Shown: positions 49,732 to 60,977 of the stretch, in pieces | Position numbering within the stretch: the stretch's first letter is position 1 | Layout of the letters: each line of letters starts with the position of its first letter | From: Leucoraja ocellata | Taxonomy: Eukaryota | DNA length: 64,000 nt | Reading direction: 5' to 3' | NCBI GenBank assembly: GCA_036785375.1 | Contig: JAWMAR010000030.1 | Span: 6,820,001-6,884,000 of the forward strand | Position numbers and translations under genes: made by a program | The notes under the pieces: model-generated | Database searches by the model: none | Told to the model about the DNA's origin: nothing | Seen by the model: the letters and a program-made list of their open reading frames with translations, nothing else

Positions 49732-52154
49732 TCATTTGCTCTCAAATCTATCTCATTTGCTTGTCTTCACACTGTTGCAAAGCCATTTTTCACAGTGATG
49801 TTAAGATCTGGTTATACAATGTTACGTTATGGACCTGCTGAGCCATGTTATTGCCCACAGACAATTGCAGCGTATATATGCAAGTGTATGTTATACATGA
49901 GCACACAGAAATCAGCCAGAATTTCATCAATCACTGACCACACAAGTTTACGCATGCATGGTTTTACCACTCGTGCAGCATGCAATCAGCGGGGATTATT
50001 TTGTGTTATACCATACCACACTTTATCATAGAAGTAATGGACAACATCCTCAATTCCTTGCACCAGCCAATGAAAAGGGAGAGACAAAGAAAGACAAGGA
50101 CATGGGCAGTGACATCACAAACAATGAACTGCATTTATTAGAGTATTTGACAATGCCTCAGTTGAAAGGAAATTTAACTTTATAACTAGAGGGTTTCAAT
50201 TTTGTAAGCAACATTTTCATCAAGGATGTACATTATAAACAGACCACAGAGGCTGTACTGTCTAGTATATACCGGTGTATAAGTTCTCCATGCAATGAAG
50301 TGTTGAGTGTACAGATGTTTCCATGTATTGTACAGCTGAGTACACAGAACTCTTTGTTTGACAGTTAAATAGGCACAATATAGTATTTAAAGTTTCTGTA
50401 CAAGGGTTTCTTCCTACAGTAATATAACACTTTACATATACACTACTGTTTCCTAATTTATTGCTTAATTTACAAGCTCCCCTGTGTAATCTACTACTTA
50501 TACTGAACTTTCCATCTGTATCGTGTTCTATTGATATAAAGTCTCCTGGCAATGTATTTAATGCACCATCCTCCTGTAATCATTCTTAATTCAGTAAATA
50601 GCTTCACTGCAGAATGTAATAACAGTTCCACACTGTCCAGGAGATTGCAATATGATCATGGTGTCATTATTATTACCTGTAATTTACAATAAACATTGTT
50701 AACAATGCAATTAATGTCATTAGTCTTCTACCTTCAACCATTGTGTTGGTGCATCCAATATGTTACCATCTCATTAAACTGTGCCTTAAGGATATTTTTT
50801 TTTTAAGATGACATTAAATTCATTATTGAAATTAGTGATCTTATTTCAAATGAAACATTGAGGTGGTAACAGCCAATTACAAATATGGTCCACTATAACA
50901 ATGACCAATATCACAAACTTGATAACTCTAAAATTGAGATAGAGGTCGCAAAACGTTATGACGACTGTTCTCACGCCACCAAGTTTGTGTATTCCTCTAA
51001 ACAGCATTTCTTCACAGAAGTTCATTTTAATATCTAGTTGACTTCTCTTAAATTAACAATTGATCATCGATTATTTTCATTCTCTTCCCATTTTTTTTTT
51101 GTACAAATTGTAGCCACAAGGTTGTGGGTACTTGGACTACAATGCAAGTAAATTGTACCGAATGACTGGCTAAAGACATGTTGTGTTTGAAGAAAACCCT
51201 CATTTTGAATTTCCACTTCAATTGGCATATAAAGCCCAGAAACATTCTCTATTGGCTTCCTAGTAATAATTTCTGTTACCGATATAATCTTTGTTTATGT
51301 ATCAAGTCACTGTAGTCATCTCGCAAAGGGTTATCTTTACAACAAGCTGAAGATAAAATATTGAACCAAAAACAAGGCAAAATCATCTACCAATCTTTCA
51401 CTTCAACTAAATATTATCATATCCCTCAAGAGGCAATCAAGCATTTCACACTTCAATTGTTTTCAAGTGCTAGATAGCCAAATCTGGTGGCTGCTTTGTT
51501 CCCAGCAAGCCACAATGAATTGGAAGAGAAAACAACAATTAGAACACAGTTTTTTAAAATAGTTTTTATGGTTTCTGATCAGCTTATCCTAATCTGCTTA
51601 ATTTTGCCACATCAAGATAATGCCAGAAAGACGAGGATTTTAACAGCAGATATTGTCCAGTGCCTTCCCTTCTCAAAATTAATCTAATTGACAGGTATGA
51701 GTTTTGTTTATACTGATGCTACATTTAAATGGATAGCTCCAGTAAGTTGGATAAAACAGAGAAATGAGGGAATATCTGATTACCAAAGCGGTACCACCAG
51801 GCACAAGGCAAGCTATCACTTTGTAGCTGCTGATCACTGGATAACAGGTAAACACAACAGAGAAACTGCATGACTGCAGACAGATTTTGCCACCATTTTG
51901 TAAAAATGAACAAGGTGACATTGGAAACACCACAGAGAAGATTCATAAGGATGTCTGCAGTGTAAAGAGAACATTGCTGCTAGAACAGCCTATAAATAAT
52001 GTTTTTTAAACTCCAGAAAGTAGATGGCTGAGTCTAGCTGATTGGATAGAGGTCTTAAAATATCTCCACGCAAAACAAAATTATCAATGATTGCAACTTC
52101 GCCAAAGTTATTTGTTCCTATGAAAGTCCAAGCATTTTTATCTTCAGCACAATG

Positions 52155-52360
52155 GAGATACAAGAAACCGCAGATGTTGGAATCTTGAGCAAAACAGAAA
52201 TGCTGGAGGAATTCAGCGATCAGGCAGCATGTGGAGGGAATGGACAGACAATGTTTCGTGTTGGGTCTGAAGAAAGATCCTAATCTTAAATGTCGCTTGT
52301 CCATTCCCTCCACAGTTGTTGCCTGGCAAGCTGAGTTCATCCAGCATTTTGTATTTTGCT
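52155..52360. mobile_element. Inverted pair of Penelope pLTR-derived repeats
   Basis: Left arm aatgctggaggaattcagc...gtggagggaatggaca mirrors the right arm tgtccattccctccac...gctgagttcatccagcatt. The right arm starts GGGTCTGAAGAAAG. Confidence 0.72.
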
Positions 52361-52778
52361 CTATTCAGCACTTCAGGCTGGATTTACATATTGATTATTA
52401 CCTCAATTCTGAGCAAATGGCACTGTTCAACTGCTAGCCTTGCCATGTTAGCCATGCAGAAAATAGGTGTCAGAAAGTAATACTTTTTGGTGAATAAGAT
52501 TGTGCTGGAAACGGAAAAGTTAAAACTTATTTAAAAAATATGAAATGTGAAGTTACATTACTGTTCAGAATCTGTGTTTCTGTCATAAATATAAACGCTT
52601 AAAGAGTGCTAAGATATGTATGGCCTCAGAGGGAGGAAAATGCATTTTGTGATAGCGATAAATTCGCTTTCAGTTAATTGAAGTGCAGTGACCAATATGT
52701 TTGTGTGGAAATCCGCGGAAAGTCTGTGCGAGATCCTGATCACTGATCTTCACCATAATAATGTAAAGGCAACCAATC

Positions 52779-52831
52779 TTTTTTTTTTTTTTAAACTTTT
52801 TTTTCATTTTAAATAAATCAACACTAAAAAG
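52779..52831 (-). mobile_element. 53-bp poly(A)-tailed retro-insertion with 14-bp TSD
   Basis: AAAGGCAACCAATC at 52765-52778 and 52832-52845 flank a T-run-headed insert. Confidence 0.7.
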
Positions 52832-53085
52832 AAAGGCAACCAATCAACCAAACAAAAACAAACCAAAACCGTTCTGCCTGTATGAATTGACAAAATCTCC
52901 ATCTATTTGGGTATTTAAAAACCTTGTTTATATGCACTCACCCTGTATTTTGTTTCCATTTTATTTCTGTCAACATTTAACAATGGAACTGCAATCGTAA
53001 GATAAAAGTGCAAGGTCCCGGCCTTCAGCTGATGCTTTCAAAGTCGACTACCATTTTGTTTATTGACAACTAACGGCGATTACAT

Positions 53086-53220
53086 TGTGTACGAAGGAAC
53101 TGCAGATGTTGGTTTATACCGAAGATTGACATAAAATGCTGGAGTAACTCAGCGGGTCCGGCAACATCTCTGGATAAAAGGAATAAGTGACCATTCAGGT
53201 CGGAATCTTTCTTCAGACCC
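53086..53220 (-). mobile_element. Penelope-derived hammerhead-motif repeat (degenerate core)
   Basis: Minus: GGGTCTGAAGAAAGATTCCGACCTGAATGGTCACTT...GCAGTTCCTTCGTACACA. Confidence 0.78.
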
Positions 53221-54836
53221 ATTGCGATAATCTCTACAATGGAGTGTTATGTGACATCATAATGATCAAAGAAGAAATGAGTTCATTTCATCACTTTACA
53301 CGGGTCTTCCCTCAATCTCATTCTATTAATTCGCCAGAGGCTGGTGACTTATTCTGAGCATTAATCACTGTTTAGTAACAGCATTTCTTCATGACATTTT
53401 CTTGCATTTACTTTAACTTATTAAAAACAGATTTCACCACTGGCCAGTTCTCTAACGTACAGTTTAATGCTAACGGATTAATATTTTATATACTTTTATA
53501 AAGCAGCTTACTACTTCTTTCTTTAGCTTGTGCACCTCTGATTTTTCCTTCCAATTCATCCTTTAGGTGTCAGACTAATACTTGAGTGCCATCAACAATG
53601 ATTATAAGTTTGTCTGGAGATGAGCAATAATAACGTTTTTACCTGGCCCTGAAGGAGCGCTAAACATTTGGAAGTGCTGTCTTTTACAACACAACTTTCT
53701 TCAGAACGCATTGAAAATCCTGCGGCACTATTTGAGGATTAATCAACCACAAATACTATTTACTTCACACACTGCTAATTCTCATCCCATCAATATCAAT
53801 AAAGGAGGTTACTTAGGTGTGTATCCCACAACGTTTTAATCAGAACCTGTTTGGTGCAAGTAGGTCACTGATTCCCTAGTGGTTACACTGCATTTATTGC
53901 TTCCAAATTTTTTTCATTCACTGGATTTGTGAAAACGATTACAACTGTGAAATACTTGCCTTCATCTCCATGTCCTGATTCTATTTCATTTCCTATACAC
54001 TCACATTGTAAATGCTTTTTCCAAGTGTAAATCTCTACCATCTGCAAGGATAAAGTTTCAGCTGTGTTTTACTGAAGTGCAGGACTAAACCCACCGGAAA
54101 GATTTAATGGCACTTCCCGTCTCTATTATTCTTGATACTTTAAGCTACAACAATTTTTTGGGATTTTAGCAGTTAGTATATGGCAGCAGATGGATATATT
54201 TCTTGATTTTAAATAAATTAAGGGAGGCAAAATGTTAACCATTGTTTTTTTGAACAGCAAACCAGGCACAAGGAGGCTAGTTCCTTCTAATTCTTATGTC
54301 TGATTAAAAATGGGCCTGATAATTGTGTGATTAAAGCCCGATTACTTTTCCTTTTTCTCCCTTAATCAACTTCTTATGCAATTTAGTTTCATGTATCAAA
54401 GTCATTCTTGAAGGACAAATAAAAATAATACTGGGGCTTTCACTACTAAGGTATGGATGATTATTATATGAAATGAAATTAAAAATTCTCTACATCCTTT
54501 ATCAAAACTGAAATACAATTACATTCAATAAAACGTCAGATGTGGAAAATCTGAAATAAAAACAAAGACAAACTGGAAATGTTCAATAGGTCAGGGAGCA
54601 TCTATGTAAAGCAAGTTAAAATTGTGTGAAATACTGACTATTTAGCATTAGGGGGGGCAGCGTAAACACCTGTTATATTTCCTAAAGGAACACCTTGTAT
54701 CTTGTATTATGCCTCCTGTTAAGAATCAATTGCTATCTCTTTTTAGCCTTCAACAAGGGGTTGGGGTGAGAGCAGGCCAGCACTTCCCACTGATGGCCTA
54801 GAAGGTGGGACTGCTTTATACCCTTCTCCACACTTA

Positions 54837-55142
54837 AGGGCCTGTCCCACTGTACTAGGTAATTCAAGAGTTCTCCCGAGTTTCTCCTGATTCGAACTTG
54901 GATAATTAGATTAATAGACGTTCGTAGGTACTCGGGGCTCTCGTGGACATTTTTCACAGTGCTGAAAAAACTTCACGAGTTACCGCGCTTCCCCGAGTAC
55001 CTGCCGTTAGCGTTACGAGCCGCTACAAGACATCTACGAGCTCCGACGTAGCCACTACGTACATTCTACGTACTTATCACGAGTTTGATTTTTTTAAACT
55101 CGGGAGAGCTCTTGAATTACCTCGTACAGTGGGACAGGCTCT
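54837..55142. mobile_element. MITE (PIF/Harbinger-like) with ~47-bp TIRs and TTA target-site duplication
   Basis: TTA|AGGGCCTGTCCCACTGTACTAGGTAATTCAAGAG ... CTCTTGAATTACCTCGTACAGTGGGACAGGCTCT|TTA. Confidence 0.9.
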
Positions 55143-55519
55143 TTAGGTGAGTGACATGCAGTTCAACAAATGGACACTTCCAGCCCTGGCAGCAGAACAC
55201 ACTGGCTTGCGGACTACCTTTTCAATGAAAGGCTAAAAGCTTTTTAATCAGTATGCCATCAGAAAAGCTCTGAGCCTTAACATTATCCTTTTATATTTTA
55301 ATTACTTCCATTCATCTGATAATATCTTTATAACTCATCTGAGTCCATTGATTGAATTCTGCATTGTAACAGGTACTAGTTTAATGGCACTCTTTTTGTA
55401 ATCAATTAAAAATCAGGCATTGTCTTTATGTGAAATATTACTAGTTTGGATAGACCATGATTCAAAATGAAGTAATTAACACATTTTAGAGATATGGAGA
55501 AGGGCAGGAAAATCTAGAC

Positions 55520-55895
55520 CTTAAGACCATTAGAAATGGGAACAACAGCCACTTGGCCCCTTGAGCCTGAACTGCTAATCATTTAGCTCATTGATGATCC
55601 AACTTCCTTCTCCACTTTCCAATCCTATCCATAACACAAGGTTCCCTCACAGCTAAAATTCATTCAATGTATTCAGAGATTCTGCCTCCATATGGTTCTG
55701 GGACTAGGAATTCTTAAAGACTACAACCCCCCGAGAGAATAAATTCTTCCTCATATCAGTCTTAAATGGATGTGCCGATTTTTACACCATGCCCTCCCAA
55801 GAGGGGGACAATCCTCTAAGCATTAATGTTGTTCAGGGCTAAATATCTGACATGTCTCAATTAGATCACCTTTCACTCTTCCAAACTCCAGTGAA
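55520..55895 (-). mobile_element. Old CR1 LINE 3' fragment
   Basis: Decayed tail agaccattagaaatgggaacaacagccacttggcccc and ORF2-end similarity. Confidence 0.6.
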
Positions 55896-58800
55896 TATAA
55901 TATATATATCTGTTTGGAAAAAAATGCTCTGTTGGCATTCAGGATTTTAAAAACATTAATTTGCCTTTCAATAGTTTAACAATTTAACATGAGTGGACAT
56001 TACATTTTTTGATGAGATTAGCTAACCAAAGTTTAACTTTGCTGAAATTGGAAATTTCTGTAGAATTAAATTAGATTTTCAGTCACCTATGCAATTCAGA
56101 GATTATAACAACAAACTATTTATTATTTGTTGGATAGAAAAAAAAGGTTAACATAAATTTATATGAATATATATATATATCTATCTGCATGGCTACATAT
56201 CAGCTAGTTGCCTTGAAGTTTGATACATCAAAATTTTGCTTAGATGTCAGTCAAGTTGCTTCATGAGTTTTCTTTTTGCAGTGAAGATTTCTACTAGTTT
56301 GGTTTTATTCTTGAGATTTTTTTTTCTTTGGAAGGAAGTGATTCATAGTAATGTAAATGTCAATAATTCATGTGATAGGGACCATTGTACATTTAAACAT
56401 CATATTAAATGGAATTGTCGCCAGCTCTCTTAAGGCAATGTAATTCATGTGGCCCAGCCAGGATTACCATATTCCAAAAGCAAAATGATGAGCAGAGCAA
56501 TGAAAGGTCATTGACCTGAAGCAGTTTCTCTGTGTCTGCATATGCCACAAGTGCACTGAATTTGTAAGCTTGCAAGTGCGATTCCAAAAATAGGTGCAAG
56601 TGTAGGAAAAGACACTTGCAATGACAAAGAGCCAATTCTCCTGCTGGTTATGCCTACAGTATATTCATATAAACCATTAATTCATAGAATCTGGATATCA
56701 AAAGATTTAGACACTCAGCAAGTTTCGCAGCATTTGAGAAAAGAAAAGCAGTCATCATTTTAAATCGAGCCCTTGAAAACATTCACTCTGTTTTATTGTG
56801 CCTGACTTGCTAGCATTTCATAATTTTATGTCAGATTTCTGCTATCTTCAGTTTTTATTTTTGAAAATTGGTGCCCATGTTTAGAGCATATAAGCATTTC
56901 ACAAATTATAATCATACATTCAGCTGAAAGCCACACACCAGATTAGTTAAGTAAACCACTATTCCCTTCCCTGATGTTGTTATATCATTGTGTAAATGAT
57001 CTATACTTACTCAGTCCCAAATGCTTTATCATCTACAACTATAAATTACCATGCGTATTAAATTTGGGTTAGATTGTATATGCTATTTTTTGGATTCTAA
57101 AGCATATTGTCCTATCTGATTATATTGCAAATAACAGACAACCCCTTGGGCATAGTTTAGAAAACTCCTTACTATAACACGTGGCAGCATTTCCCAAACC
57201 CATCACCTCTACTGTCAAGAAGGAAAGGACAGCAATTGCTTGGAAATATCACCACCGGCATATTATTCTACTAATCATACAGAGCATCATTCTGGTTTGG
57301 AATTATAGCACCGTTTCTCGTCCCAATTAAGTCAAAATCTGACAAAAAAACAACCCAGTGGGAATATTTTCACGGCAGCCCCTGCCCAATAGCTCAGTCC
57401 CTGTTTTACAAAGGCATTGGAATGAGAAACATCCATATCCCAAGAAAAAGCAATAAATGAACGATTTAGCACCCTATACACAACTATAAAGGCAAGAGAA
57501 AATTCCTGTATTAATCACTTAACATACTGATTGTTCCAAAGTATTTATGACCAGTACAAAACCAGTAACAAATGATCTGAAATATATGTTCTTAAATATT
57601 CAGAGTATGCTGGTAAAAATAGGCATTAAACATTAAAAAAAACAGTTGTGTGCGTGTGGTTAAAAGAAAAACTTGCTTGGCATCCTTCACATTAACCCAA
57701 AGTTAGATAGTTTCAATTCCATCGTTCCATCAATCCAACATAGAAAACCTTTGTTGCACTAACCCTCATACTGATGTTGAGCTCTTGAATTCCAAATACA
57801 AATTACTTCTTTGATTAACTACAAATACTTAATGATTACAGGTTACTCATTGGGAACTGACAAAACCAAATTCCACTTGCTACACCAGATGCAGCATTGT
57901 AACATGGATCACTGCCATGAAATAAATTGAAATGTTAGAACTCAATATAGTTTGGAAAGTTGATTCCGCATTGTGAACATCTTCACGACCGATTATGACA
58001 GTCGGTTATGAACAATGCAATTCATCACCATGTATTAGGCAGGCGGCTGCGAAGGTCTAACTTGCGTGGAGCTGTAATCAAATGTTTTTATATTTGTTGT
58101 TAAAAATGGATATTACAAGAAGCACAACAATCCTCCCCAGTCTCCAATGTTCCCTGAGAAGGTGATGGCTTAAGTTCTAGGATCTCTGGAGGCTTTTTGT
58201 GGAAAGTACACCCAATATACTATTGGATGTGGAGTTCCTGTATTTAAACTGAAATAATTAGATGGAAATGCTTTTGATCACATGCTTCTCTCAAGTACCA
58301 CCAGCTTTATAAAATGCATTCACAGATTCTTCAAACTTGCGAACTAATGCCAATTTAAGTAGTCAGAATAATAGACCACTGAAGAAGACCCTTCAATCCA
58401 TCATGTCAATTCATCGAGGACCCATCTATACTAATCATATTTATTAGCATTTAATTTGTAGCGTTGTATGCCTTGTTGATTCACGTGCTCATCCTGATTG
58501 AAGGAGTCCAAGAAATTGGTGAAAATGAGTAAGGCAATTAGTGAGATTGAGTAAGGCAGAGTCCAGTAATTAGTGTTATTCCCTGCACTTTTCTTGAAGT
58601 TGTTCATACTCACTATATCTCTGGATGGACAAAGTTCAGTGATTCAGGGAGCAGCTCTTTGGCCACAGGGAGGAGATCGTTGAGGTGGATCCTGGCGATG
58701 ACCTTTCAAGTGGCAGATAGCAGGGAGGCTCCTCGACAGTTACTGCATTAAGACTGATCTACTTACATGAAAAGACATCCATGTTCATCTCTCAGGATTA

Positions 58801-59929
58801 TCCTCTTCGCTGATGAGTGATCGCTACATTAAGTGAAGCTTTTTCACTGAAACAAATGAGTGGAAGGTCTCATACTTAACATCCACAAGACACTCTATCA
58901 ACATGCCCCTATTGCTCCACACTACCTTGCAGATGATGGGACTTGGAAAATTGACTTTCCTCTTCTCAGGAGTCACCTCTCAACAGAAGCAGACACCGAT
59001 GATGGAATTCACAGCTGCTTTGATGTGTTGCCACAGACTTTGGTCACACAGGAAAGAGTTATTGAGCGATTGAGCGGTTATTGAGGTGTGATAAATGTCA
59101 TGTAAGCTGCAGTGTTCTCTCCCTTACTATGTGGATCTTCTATGACTCCCATTATGGCCTTATCAGTCTTCTTGGAACACACAGAACAAGAGTAAATGTC
59201 AATCCAGTAGAACAACGTGAGAAAAAGATTCCCAACCAAAAATCTACTGCTTGTTAAATCAGAGCTCATGAATCATGAAACGACAGTGGCAACACTGGCA
59301 TTACTCATGTAATGGGTGACATTGTGACCTCTATTAAGTATGCCAAGTCCCTATCAGAATAAACCTTCTGTGACAAACACAGGGTTTCTACAATTAGCTA
59401 TACCATATATGCTGTTTACAGTTCCACTCCTACTATAGGTGCACAAAATGTCGACATCCTGCCATTAGATTTGTACATCTCATTGTGCACCGTTAGATAT
59501 TCTACCCATTAATTATAGTGCCTCTCCTGTTAGACACACTGTCAGTCAGTGTCTTTCCTATAAGATACATTGCCAATCACACCGTCTTTCCCATTGGCAA
59601 GTGTCTTTCAATCAAAGCTTCTCTTATTAGCTAAAGCTACTTTTAATCACGGAATGTCTATTCTTCCACAGATAAAAGTCAAGATAAGTGACACAGAGTG
59701 CAGAAAGAATAACTCACTTGCACCTTTCTTTTTTTTTTGAGTAAGATGCCCAGTGAGTTTTCACAGAAGAATTAGGAGACAAAGACCAACAATGAGTAAA
59801 GAAGATACTGCAGGGATGAAGATGAAGAGATAAAAAGGAGGGAGAGGATGACAAAGCTAAGAGTTTTGCACTGTAAGCATGGTAGGCGGCAAATTGACAA
59901 GATGGGAATGTATGGTTCTGGGGCTGGAG

Positions 59930-60402
59930 ACAATAAATCAATGAATGAATGAATAAGTTTATACCAGAGCAAAAGGAGGCTACAGATTTTTGGTTATTGA
60001 GTAGAGCAACTACTCGTAGAAAAAAGCTGTTTTTATGTCTGGTTGTGGCAGCTTTGACAGTCCGGAGTCTCATTCCAGAGGGAAACGATTCAAATAGTTT
60101 GTGGCCAAGGTGAGAGGGGTCAGAGATGATCTTGACCACTTGCTTCCTGGTCCTTGCAGTGTACAGTTCGTCAATGGAGGGAAGGTTGCAGCCAATAACC
60201 TTCTCAGCTGATCGGATGATTCGCTGCAGCCTCCGTGTGTCGTGCTTGGTGGCTGAGCCAAACCAGGCCATGATGGAGAAGGTGAGGACAGACTCTACGA
60301 TGGCCCTACAGAAATCGACCATCATTGCCTGTGGTAGGTTGTGCTTCCTCAGCTGCCGCAGGAAATACATCCTCTGTTGTGCCTTTTTGACTGTCGAAGG
60401 AA
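59930..60402 (-). mobile_element. Rex1/Babar non-LTR retrotransposon, RT C-terminal fragment plus 3' tail
   Basis: KKAQQRMYFLRQLRKHNLPQAMMVDFCRAIVESVLTFSIMAWFG...LQRIIRSAEKVIG.NLPSI...DPSHLGHKLF..FPSG.RLR...TTRHKNSFF, the typical Rex1 C-terminal region, followed by a (ttca)n tail. Confidence 0.9.
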
Positions 60403-60871
60403 TCCGAAGATGAATTTTGTACAGAGATGGTTGTATCACATAATCATAGAAAAGTACAGCATGGAAACCGACCCTTACAATCCACAGCCCACTTGTCCAT
60501 GCCATGTCCCTCTACTGCTTACCTATCCAAAGAGCAGAGAAACAAAAGCAGATGTATGCCCTCCAGCTGACTCAAACCTGGAACTGTGTTGCATGATAAA
60601 TAGGAAACAAATTGGATGTGTTTATTGAAAGTGGGGACTAGGAGGCCAAACAAGAACAAGTTAGACTAGTCGTGACTGGGGATAACTAGATGGAGAGGTA
60701 GATGATGAAGGACATTTCTGATAAAGGATATGGACTAATAACTAACTTCAGGATACAGCAGTAAGATCTCACAGTACTACTTGGTTAGAGAGAGTTGCCC
60801 AGGGTGGACGTGCATTCACAGTGGATGATAGATTCTATAGCACCTAGCTACAGAACAAATAAATTATAACA

Positions 60872-60977
60872 GGTACACAAAAATGCTGGAGAAACTCAGC
60901 GGGTGCAGCAGCATCTATGGAGCGAAGGAAATAGGCGACGTTTTGGGTCGAAACCCTTCTTCAGACTGAGACAGACT
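60872..60977 (-). mobile_element. Penelope-derived hammerhead-motif repeat with 15-bp TSD
   Basis: AAATAAATTATAACA at 60857-60871 and 60978-60992. Minus core CAGTCTGAAGAAGGGTTTCGACCCAAAACGTCGCC. Confidence 0.85.

Noticed and set aside
52620-52756. Possible C/D-box snoRNA on minus (GTGAAGA ... CTGA)
   Set aside because: Non-canonical C box, no properly placed terminal stem and no recognisable rRNA/snRNA guide. More likely a non-coding conserved block.
7076-55895. Excess of minus-strand CR1 fragments across the window
   Set aside because: By eye roughly 2:1 on fewer than 30 fragments, and present both inside and outside the gene. Too weak to call.
56505-56517. Perfect IR1 nuclear-receptor element AGGTCAtTGACCT and nearby ATGATGA...CTGA C/D-like boxes
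   Set aside because: It sits in a degenerate pLTR-type repeat, where the palindrome corresponds to the hammerhead stem II. The boxes are too close together for a snoRNA.
56405-56635. ORF containing CHCKC...AYAD, superficially like the CCSER2 penultimate exon
   Set aside because: Spacing and surrounding residues do not match ADKYTQTPWRR, and it overlaps a decayed repeat.
59714-60505. 263-aa minus-strand ORF as a host gene
   Set aside because: The core is a Rex1/Babar RT C-terminal fragment. The flanks are read-through into unrelated sequence.
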